DNA from: Auanema rhodensis
Taxonomy: Eukaryota > Animalia > Nematoda
Direction of reading: 5' to 3'
DNA: 64,000 nt
NCBI GenBank assembly: GCA_964057225.1
Contig: CAXKVF010000077.1
Coordinates: forward strand, 248,001 to 312,000
In this document: positions 25,401-37,500 of the stretch, piece by piece
Numbering within the stretch: the stretch's first letter is position 1
How the letters are laid out: each line of letters begins with the position of its first letter
The notes under the pieces: model-generated
The model's input: the letters and a program-made list of their open reading frames with translations, nothing else
Told to the model about the DNA's origin: nothing
Databases searched by the model: none
Position numbers and translations under genes: made by a program

Positions 25401-28400
25401 TGAAGCGAGTTACATACCGAGTGCACATCACGTGTACATTTAATTAGCATAAATTGAAGTTCACGTAAATTTCAAAGTCATGGTTACCATGAAGCAATAT
25501 CAATAAAAATTTGTTTTTAGACTAATATGGACATGGGGAATCTAATTTTGAAAACCGCATCTTTTTATCTTTCACGTGAAGCGAGTTACATACCAAGTGC
25601 ACATCACGTGTACATTTAATTAGCATAAATTAAAGTTCACGTAAATTTCAAAGTCATGGTTACCATGAACCAATATCAATAAAAATTTGTTTTTAGACTA
25701 ATATAGACATGGGGAATCTAATTTTGAAAACCGCATCTCTTTATCTTTCACGTGAAGCGAGTTACATACCAAGTGCACATCACGTGTACATTTAATTAGC
25801 ATAAATTAAAGTTCACGTAAATTTCAAAGTCATGGTTACCATGAACCAATATCAATAAAAATTTGTTTTTAGACTAATATGGACATGGGGAATCTAATTT
25901 TGAAAACCGCATCTCTTTATCTTTCACGTGAAGCGAGTTACATACCAAGTGCACATCACGTGTACATTTAATTAGCATAAATTAAAGTTCACGTAAATTT
26001 CAAAGTCATGGTTACCATCAACCAATATCAATAAAAATTTGTTTTTAGACTAATATGGACATGGGGAATCTAATTTTGAAAACCGCATCTTTTTATCTTT
26101 CACGTGAAGCGAGTTACATACCAAGTGCACATCACGTGTACATTTAATTAGCATAAATTAAAGTTCACGTAAATTTAAAAGTCATGGTTACCATGCACCA
26201 ATATCAATAAAAATTTGTTTTTAGACTAATATGGACATGGGGAATCTAATTTTAAAAACCGCATCTCTTTATCTTTCACGTGAAGCGAGTTACATACCTA
26301 GTGCACATCACGTGTACATTTAATTAGCATAAATTAAAGTTCACGTAAATTTCAAAGTCATAGTTACCATGAACCAATATCAATAAAAATTTGTTTTTAG
26401 ACTAATATGGACATGGGGAATCTATTTTTGAAAACCGCATCTCTTTATCTTTCACGTGAAGCGAGTTACATACCAAGTGCACATCACGTGTACATTTAAT
26501 GAGCATAAATTAAAGTTCACGTAAATTTCAAAGTCATGGTTACCATGAACCAATATCAATAAAAATTTGTTTTTAGACTAATATGGACATGGGGAATCTA
26601 ATTTTAAAAACCGCATCTCTTTATCTTTCACGTGAAGCGAGTTACATACCTAGTGCACATCACGTGTACATTTAATTAGCATAAATTAAAGTTCACGTAA
26701 ATTTCAAAGTCATAGTTACCATGAACCAATATCAATAAAAATTTGTTTTTAGACTAATATGGACATGGGGAATCTATTTTTGAAAACCGCATCTCTTTAT
26801 CTTTCACGTGAAGCGAGTTACATACCAAGTGCACATCACGTGTACATTTAATGAGCATAAATTAAAGTTCACGTAAATTTCAAAGTCATGGTTACCATGA
26901 ACCAATATCAATAAAAATTTGTTTTTAGACTAATATGGACATGGGGAATCTAATTTTGAAAACCGCATCTCTTTATCTTTCACGTGAAGCGAGTTACATA
27001 CCAAGTGCACATCACGTGTACATTTAATTAGCATAAATTGAAGTTCACGTAAATTTCAAAGTCATGGTTACCATGAAGCAATATCAATAAAAATTTGTTT
27101 TTAGACTAATATGGACATGGGGAATCTAATTTTGAAAACCGCATCTTTTTATCTTTCACGTGAAGCGAGTTACATACCAAGTGCACATCACGTGTACATT
27201 TAATTAGCATAAATTAAAGTTCACGTAAATTTCAAAGTCATGGTTACCATGAACCAATATCAATAAAAATTTGTTTTTAGACTAATATAGACATGGGGAA
27301 TCTAATTTTGAAAACCGCATCTCTTTATCTTTCACGTGAAGCGAGTTACATACCGAGTGCACATCACGTGTACATTTAATTAGCATAAATTGAAGTTCAC
27401 GTAAATTTCAAAGTCATGGTTACCATGAAGCAATATCAATAAAAATTTGTTTTTAGACTAATATGGACATGGGGAATCTAATTTTGAAAACCGCATCTTT
27501 TTATCTTTCACGTGAAGCGAGTTACATACCAAGTGCACATCACGTGTACATTTAATTAGCATAAATTAAAGTTCACGTAAATTTCAAAGTCATGGTTACC
27601 ATGAACCAATATCAATAAAAATTTGTTTTTAGACTAATATAGACATGGGGAATCTAATTTTGAAAACCGCATCTCTTTATCTTTCACGTGAAGCGAGTTA
27701 CATACCAAGTGCACATCACGTGTACATTTAATTAGCATAAATTAAAGTTCACGTAAATTTCAAAGTCATGGTTACCATGAACCAATATCAATAAAAATTT
27801 GTTTTTAGACTAATATGGACATGGGGAATCTAATTTTGAAAACCGCATCTCTTTATCTTTCACGTGAAGCGAGTTACATACCAAGTGCACATCACGTGTA
27901 CATTTAATTAGCATAAATTAAAGTTCACGTAAATTTCAAAGTCATGGTTACCATCAACCAATATCAATAAAAATTTGTTTTTAGACTAATATGGACATGG
28001 GGAATCTAATTTTGAAAACCGCATCTTTTTATCTTTCACGTGAAGCGAGTTACATACCAAGTGCACATCACGTGTACATTTAATTAGCATAAATTAAAGT
28101 TCACGTAAATTTAAAAGTCATGGTTACCATGCACCAATATCAATAAAAATTTGTTTTTAGACTAATATGGACATGGGGAATCTAATTTTAAAAACCGCAT
28201 CTCTTTATCTTTCACGTGAAGCGAGTTACATACCTAGTGCACATCACGTGTACATTTAATTAGCATAAATTAAAGTTCACGTAAATTTCAAAGTCATAGT
28301 TACCATGAACCAATATCAATAAAAATTTGTTTTTAGACTAATATGGACATGGGGAATCTATTTTTGAAAACCGCATCTCTTTATCTTTCACGTGAAGCGA

Positions 28401-31328
28401 GTTACATACCAAGTGCACATCACGTGTACATTTAATGAGCATAAATTAAAGTTCACGTAAATTTCAAAGTCATGGTTACCATGAACCAATATCAATAAAA
28501 ATTTGTTTTTAGACTAATATGGACATGGGGAATCTAATTTTAAAAACCGCATCTCTTTATCTTTCACGTGAAGCGAGTTACATACCTAGTGCACATCACG
28601 TGTACATTTAATTAGCATAAATTAAAGTTCACGTAAATTTCAAAGTCATAGTTACCATGAACCAATATCAATAAAAATTTGTTTTTAGACTAATATGGAC
28701 ATGGGGAATCTATTTTTGAAAACCGCATCTCTTTATCTTTCACGTGAAGCGAGTTACATACCAAGTGCACATCACGTGTACATTTAATGAGCATAAATTA
28801 AAGTTCACGTAAATTTCAAAGTCATGGTTACCATGAACCAATATCAATAAAAATTTGTTTTTAGACTAATATGGACATGGGGAATCTAATTTTGAAAACC
28901 GCATCTCTTTATCTTTCACGTGAAGCGAGTTACATACCAAGTGCACATCACGTGTACATTTAATTAGCATAAATTGAAGTTCACGTAAATTTCAAAGTCA
29001 TGGTTACCATGAAGCAATATCAATAAAAATTTGTTTTTAGACTAATATGGACATGGGGAATCTAATTTTGAAAACCGCATCTTTTTATCTTTCACGTGAA
29101 GCGAGTTACATACCAAGTGCACATCACGTGTACATTTAATTAGCATAAATTAAAGTTCACGTAAATTTCAAAGTCATGGTTACCATGAACCAATATCAAT
29201 AAAAATTTGTTTTTAGACTAATATAGACATGGGGAATCTAATTTTGAAAACCGCATCTCTTTATCTTTCACGTGAAGCGAGTTACATACCAAGTGCACAT
29301 CACGTGTACATTTAATTAGCATAAATTACAGTTCACGTAAATTTCAAAGTCATGGTTACCATGAACCAATATCAATAAAAATTTGTTTTTAGACTAATAT
29401 GGACATGGGGAATCTAATTTTGAAAACCGCATCTCTTTATCTTTCACGTGAAGCGAGTTACATACCAAGTGCACATCACGTGTACATTTAATTAGCATAA
29501 ATTAAAGTTCACGTAAATTTCAAAGTCATGGTTACCATCAACCAATATCAATAAAAATTTGTTTTTAGACTAATATGGACATGGGGAATCTAATTTTGAA
29601 AACCGCATCTTTTTATCTTTCACGTGAAGCGAGTTACATACCAAGTGCACATCACGTGTACATTTAATTAGCATAAATTAAAGTTCACGTAAATTTAAAA
29701 GTCATGGTTACCATGCACCAATATCAATAAAAATTTGTTTTTAGACTAATATGGACATGGGGAATCTAATTTTAAAAACCGCATCTCTTTATCTTTCACG
29801 TGAAGCGAGTTACATACCTAGTGCACATCACGTGTACATTTAATTAGCATAAATTAAAGTTCACGTAAATTTCAAAGTCATAGTTACCATGAACCAATAT
29901 CAATAAAAATTTGTTTTTAGACTAATATGGACATGGGGAATCTATTTTTGAAAACCGCATCTCTTTATCTTTCACGTGAAGCGAGTTACATACCAAGTGC
30001 ACATCACGTGTACATTTAATGAGCATAAATTAAAGTTCACGTAAATTTCAAAGTCATGGTTACCATGAACCAATATCAATAAAAATTTGTTTTTAGACTA
30101 ATATGGACATGGGGAATCTAATTTTGAAAACCGCATCTCTTTATCTTTCACGTGAAGCGAGTTACATACCAAGTGCACATCACGTGTACATTTAATTAGC
30201 ATAAATTGAAGTTCACGTAAATTTCAAAGTCATGGTTACCATGAAGCAATATCAATAAAAATTTGTTTTTAGACTAATATGGACATGGGGAATCTAATTT
30301 TGAAAACCGCATCTTTTTATCTTTCACGTGAAGCGAGTTACATACCAAGTGCACATCACGTGTACATTTAATTAGCATAAATTAAAGTTCACGTAAATTT
30401 CAAAGTCATGGTTACCATGAACCAATATCAATAAAAATTTGTTTTTAGACTAATATAGACATGGGGAATCTAATTTTGAAAACCGCATCTCTTTATCTTT
30501 CACGTGAAGCGAGTTACATACCAAGTGCACATCACGTGTACATTTAATTAGCATAAATTAAAGTTCACGTAAATTTCAAAGTCATGGTTACCATGAACCA
30601 ATATCAATAAAAATTTGTTTTTAGACTAATATGGACATGGGGAATCTAATTTTGAAAACCGCATCTCTTTATCTTTCACGTGAAGCGAGTTACATACCAA
30701 GTGCACATCACGTGTACATTTAATTAGCATAAATTAAAGTTCACGTAAATTTCAAAGTCATGGTTACCATGAACCAATATCAATAAAAATTTGTTTTTAG
30801 ACTAATATGGACATGGGGAATCTAATTTTGAAAACCGCATCTTTTTATCTTTCACGTGAAGCGAGTTACATACCAAGTGCACATCACGTGTACATTTAAT
30901 TAGCATAAATTAAAGTTCACGTAAATTTAAAAGTCATGGTTACCATGCACCAATATCAATAAAAATTTGTTTTTAGACTAATATGGACATGGGGAATCTA
31001 ATTTTAAAAACCGCATCTCTTTATCTTTCACGTGAAGCGAGTTACATACCTAGTGCACATCACGTGTACATTTAATTAGCATAAATTAAAGTTCACGTAA
31101 ATTTCAAAGTCATAGTTACCATGAACCAATATCAATAAAAATTTGTTTTTAGACTAATATGGACATGGGGAATCTATTTTTGAAAACCGCATCTCTTTAT
31201 CTTTCACGTGAAGCGAGTTACATACCAAGTGCACATCACGTGTACATTTAATGAGCATAAATTAAAGTTCACGTAAATTTCAAAGTCATGGTTACCATGA
31301 ACTAATATCAATAAAAATTTGTTTTTAG
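1409..31328 (+). repeat. Domain 1: 7-monomer higher-order repeat (1232 bp), order A-B-C-D-E-F-G
   Basis: Ordered variant monomers: A (A112G+C150G), B (C43T), C (G9A), D (consensus or G147C), E (C43T+C129A+A148C), F (G30A+A75T+G138A), G (A25T+T101G). Clean cycles have A starting at 4929/6161, 7745/8977 and 20417/21649/22881 (1232-bp spacing). Confidence 0.9.
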
Positions 31329-31504
31329 ACTAATATGGACATGGGGAATCTAATTTTGAAAACCGCATCTCTTTATCTTTCACGTGAAGCGAGTTACATA
31401 CCAAGTGCACATCACGTGTACATTTAATTAGCATAAATTAAAGTTCACGTAAATTTCAAAGTCATGGTTACCATGAACCAATATCAATAAAAATTTGTGT
31501 GAAG

Positions 31505-34500
31505 ACTAATATGGACATGGGGAATCTAATTTTGAAAACCGCATCTCTTTATCTTTCACGTGAAGCGAGTTACATACCAAGTGCACATCACGTGTACATT
31601 TAATTAGCATAAATTAAAGTTCACGTAAATTTCAAAGTCATGGTTACCATGAACCAATATCAATAAAAATTTGTTTTTAGACTAATATGGACATGGGGAA
31701 TCTAATTTTGAAAACCGCATCTCTTTATCTTTCACGTGAAGCGAGTTACATACCAAGTGCACATCACGTGTACATTTAATTAGCATAAATTAAAGTTCAC
31801 GTAAATTTCAAAGTCATGGTTACCATGAACCAATATCAATGAAAATTTGTTTTTAGACTAATATGGACATGGGGAATCTAATTTTGAAAACCGCATCTCT
31901 TTATCTTTCACGTGAAGCGAGTTACATACCAAGTGCACATCACGTGTACATTTAATTAGCATAAATTAAAGTTCACGTAAATTTCAAAGTCATGGTTACC
32001 ATGAACCAATATCAATAAAAATTTGTTTTTAGACTAATATGGACATGGGGAATCTAATTTTGAAAACCGCATCTCTTTATCTTTCACGTGAAGCGAGTTA
32101 CATACCAAGTGCACATCACGTGTACATTTAATTAGCATAAATTAAAGTTCACGTAAATTTCAAAGTCATGGTTACCATGAACCAATATCAATGAAAATTT
32201 GTTTTTAGACTAATATGGACATGGGGAATCTAATTTTGAAAACCGCATCTCTTTATCTTTCACGTGAAGCGAGTTACATACCAAGTGCACATCACGTGTA
32301 CATTTAATTAGCATAAATTAAAGTTCACGTAAATTTCAAAGTCATGGTTACCATGAACCAATATCAATAAAAATTTGTTTTTAGACTAATATGGACATGG
32401 GGAATCTAATTTTGAAAACCGCATCTCTTTATCTTTCACGTGAAGCGAGTTACATACCAAGTGCACATCACGTGTACATTTAATTAGCATAAATTAAAGT
32501 TCACGTAAATTTCAAAGTCATGGTTACCATGCACCAATATCAATAAAAATTTGTTTTTAGACTAATATGGACATGGGGAATCTAATTTTGAAAACCGCAT
32601 CTCTTTATCTTTCACGTGAAGCGAGTTACATACCAAGTGCACATCACGTGTACATTTAATTAGCATAAATTAAAGTTCACGTAAATTTCAAAGTCATGGT
32701 TACCATGAACCAATATCAATAAAAATTTGTTTTTAGACTAATATGGACATGGGGAATCTAATTTTGAAAACCGCATCTCTTTATCTTTCACATGAAGCGA
32801 GTTACATACCAAGTGCACATCACGTGTACATTTAATTAGCATAAATTAAAGTTCACGTAAATTTCAAAGTCATGGTTACCATGAAGCAATATCAATAAAA
32901 ATTTGTTTTTAGACTAATATGGACATGGGGAATCTAATTTTGAAAACCGCATCTTTTTATCTTTCACGTGAAGCGAGTTACATACCAAGTGCACATCACG
33001 TGTACATTTAATTAGCATAAATTAAAGTTCACGTAAATTTCAAAGTCATGGTTACCATGAACCAATATCAATAAAAATTTGTTTTTAGACTAATATGGAC
33101 ATGGGGAATCTAATTTTGAAAACCGCATCTCTTTATCTTTCACGTGAAGCGAGTTACATACCAAGTGCACATCACGTGTACATTTAATTAGCATAAATTA
33201 AAGTTCACGTAAATTTCAAAGTCATGGTTACCATGCACCAATATCAATAAAAATTTGTTTTTAGACTAATATGGACATGGGGAATCTAATTTTAAAAACC
33301 GCATCTCTTTATCTTTCACGTGAAGCGAGTTACATACCTAGTGCACATCACGTGTACATTTAATTAGCATAAATTAAAGTTCACGTAAATTTCAAAGTCA
33401 TAGTTACCATGAACCAATATCAATAAAAATTAGTTTTTAGACTAATATGGACATGGGGAATCTAATTTTGAAAACCGCATCTCTTTATCTTTCACGTGAA
33501 GCGAGTTACATACCAAGTGCACATCACGTGTACATTTAATTAGCATAAATTAAAGTTCACGTAAATTTCAAAGTCATGGTTACCATGAAGCAATATCAAT
33601 AAAAATTTCTTTTAGACTAATATGGACATGGGAAATCTAATTTTGAAAACCGCATCTCTTTATCTTTCACGTGAAGCGAGTTACATACCAAGTGCACATC
33701 ACGTGTACATTTAATTAGCATAAATTAAAGTTCACGTAAATTTCAAAGTCATGGTTACCATGAACCAATATCAATAAAAATTTGTTTTTAGACTAATATG
33801 GACATGGGGAATCTAATTTTGAAAACCGCATTTCTTTATCTTTCACGTGAAGCGAGTTACATACCAAGTGCACATCACGTGTACATTTAATTAGCATAAA
33901 TTAAAGTTCACGTAAATTTCAAAGTCATGGTTACCATGCACCAATATCAGTTTTTAGACTAATATGGACATGGGGAATCTAATTTTGAAAACCGCATCTC
34001 TTTATCTTTCACGTGAAGCGAGTTACATACCAAGTGCACATCACGTGTACATTTAATTAGCATAAATTAAAGTTCACGTAAATTTCAAAGTCATGGTTAC
34101 CATGAACCAATATCAATAAAAATTTGTTTTTAGACTAATATGGACATGGGGAATCTAATTTTGAAAACCGCATCTCTTTATCTTTCACGTGAAGCGAGTT
34201 ACATACCAAGTGCACATCACGTGTACATTTAATTAGCATAAATTAAAGTTCACGTAAATTTCAAAGTCATGGTTACCATGCACCAATATCAATAAAAATT
34301 TGTTTTTAGACTAATATGGACATGGGGAATCTAATTTTAAAAACCGCATCTCTTTATCTTTCACGTGAAGCGAGTTACATACCTAGTGCACATCACGTGT
34401 ACATTTAATTAGCATAAATTAAAGTTCACGTAAATTTCAAAGTCATAGTTACCATGAACCAATATCAATAAAAATTTGTTTTTAGACTAATATGGACATG

Positions 34501-37500
34501 GGGAATCTAATTTTGAAAACCGCATCTCTTTATCTTTCACGTGAAGCGAGTTACATACCAAGTGCACATCACGTGTACATTTAATTAGCATAAATTAAAG
34601 TTCACGTAAATTTCAAAGTCATGGTTACCATGAAGCAATATCAATAAAAATTTCTTTTAGACTAATATGGACATGGGAAATCTAATTTTGAAAACCGCAT
34701 CTCTTTATCTTTCACGTGAAGCGAGTTACATACCAAGTGCACATCACGTGTACATTTAATTAGCATAAATTAAAGTTCACGTAAATTTCAAAGTCATGGT
34801 TACCATGAACCAATATCAATAAAAATTTGTTTTTAGACTAATATGGACATGGGGAATCTAATTTTGAAAACCGCATTTCTTTATCTTTCACGTGAAGCGA
34901 GTTACATACCAAGTGCACATCACGTGTACATTTAATTAGCATAAATTAAAGTTCACGTAAATTTCAAAGTCATGGTTACCATGCACCAATATCAGTTTTT
35001 AGACTAATATGGACATGAGGAATCTAATTTTGAGAACCGCATCTCTTTATCTTTCACGTGAAGCGAGTTACATACCAAGTGCACATCACGTGTACATTTA
35101 ATTAGCATAAATTAAAGTTCACGTAAATTTCAAAGTCATGGTTACCATGAACCAATATCAATAAAAATTTGTTTTTAGACTAATATGGACATGGGGAATC
35201 TAATTTTGAAAACCGCATCTCTTTATCTTTCACGTGAAGCGAGTTACATACCAAGTGCACATCACGTGTACATTTAATTAGCATAAATTAAAGTTCACGT
35301 AAATTTCAAAGTCATGGTTACCATGAACCAATATCAATGAAAATTTGTTTTTAGACTAATATGGACATGGGGAATCTAATTTTGAAAACCGCATCTCTTT
35401 ATCTTTCACGTGAAGCGAGTTACATACCAAGTGCACATCACGTGTACATTTAATTAGCATAAATTAAAGTTCACGTAAATTTCAAAGTCATGGTTACCAT
35501 GAACCAATATCAATAAAAATTTGTTTTTAGACTAATATGGACATGGGGAATCTAATTTTGAAAACCGCATCTCTTTATCTTTCACGTGAAGCGAGTTACA
35601 TACCAAGTGCACATCACGTGTACATTTAATTAGCATAAATTAAAGTTCACGTAAATTTCAAAGTCATGGTTACCATGCACCAATATCAATAAAAATTTGT
35701 TTTTAGACTAATATGGACATGGGGAATCTAATTTTGAAAACCGCATCTCTTTATCTTTCACGTGAAGCGAGTTACATACCAAGTGCACATCACGTGTACA
35801 TTTAATTAGCATAAATTAAAGTTCACGTAAATTTCAAAGTCATGGTTACCATGAACCAATATCAATAAAAATTTGTTTTTAGACTAATATGGACATGGGG
35901 AATCTAATTTTGAAAACCGCATCTCTTTATCTTTCACATGAAGCGAGTTACATACCAAGTGCACATCACGTGTACATTTAATTAGCATAAATTAAAGTTC
36001 ACGTAAATTTCAAAGTCATGGTTACCATGAAGCAATATCAATAAAAATTTGTTTTTAGACTAATATGGACATGGGGAATCTAATTTTGAAAACCGCATCT
36101 TTTTATCTTTCACGTGAAGCGAGTTACATACCAAGTGCACATCACGTGTACATTTAATTAGCATAAATTAAAGTTCACGTAAATTTCAAAGTCATGGTTA
36201 CCATGAACCAATATCAATAAAAATTTGTTTTTAGACTAATATGGACATGGGGAATCTAATTTTGAAAACCGCATCTCTTTATCTTTCACGTGAAGCGAGT
36301 TACATACCAAGTGCACATCACGTGTACATTTAATTAGCATAAATTAAAGTTCACGTAAATTTCAAAGTCATGGTTACCATGAACCAATATCAATAAAAAT
36401 TTGTTTTTAGACTAATATGGACATGGGGAATCTAATTTTGAAAACCGCATCTCTTTATCTTTCACATGAAGCGAGTTACATACCAAGTGCACATCACGTG
36501 TACATTTAATTAGCATAAATTAAAGTTCACGTAAATTTCAAAGTCATGGTTACCATGAAGCAATATCAATAAAATTTTGTTTTTAGACTAATATGGACAT
36601 GGGGAATCTAATTTTGAAAACCGCATCTTTTTATCTTTCACGTGAAGCGAGTTACATACCAAGTGCACATCACGTGTACATTTAATTAGCATAAATTAAA
36701 GTTCACGTAAATTTCAAAGTCATGGTTACCATGAACCAATATCAATAAAAATTTGTTTTTAGACTAATATGGACATGGGGAATCTAATTTTGAAAACCGC
36801 ATCTCTTTATCTTTCACGTGAAGCGAGTTACATACCAAGTGCACATCACGTGTACATTTAATTAGCATAAATTAAAGTTCACGTAAATTTCAAAGTCATG
36901 GTTACCATGCACCAATATCAATAAAAATTTGTTTTTAGACTAATATGGACATGGGGAATCTAATTTTAAAAACCGCATCTCTTTATCTTTCACGTGAAGC
37001 GAGTTACATACCTAGTGCACATCACGTGTACATTTAATTAGCATAAATTAAAGTTCACGTAAATTTCAAAGTCATAGTTACCATGAACCAATATCAATAA
37101 AAATTAGTTTTTAGACTAATATGGACATGGGGAATCTAATTTTGAAAACCGCATCTCTTTATCTTTCACGTGAAGCGAGTTACATACCAAGTGCACATCA
37201 CGTGTACATTTAATTAGCATAAATTAAAGTTCACGTAAATTTCAAAGTCATGGTTACCATGAAGCAATATCAATAAAAATTTCTTTTAGACTAATATGGA
37301 CATGGGAAATCTAATTTTGAAAACCGCATCTCTTTATCTTTCACGTGAAGCGAGTTACATACCAAGTGCACATCACGTGTACATTTAATTAGCATAAATT
37401 AAAGTTCACGTAAATTTCAAAGTCATGGTTACCATGAACCAATATCAATAAAAATTTGTTTTTAGACTAATATGGACATGGGGAATCTAATTTTGAAAAC

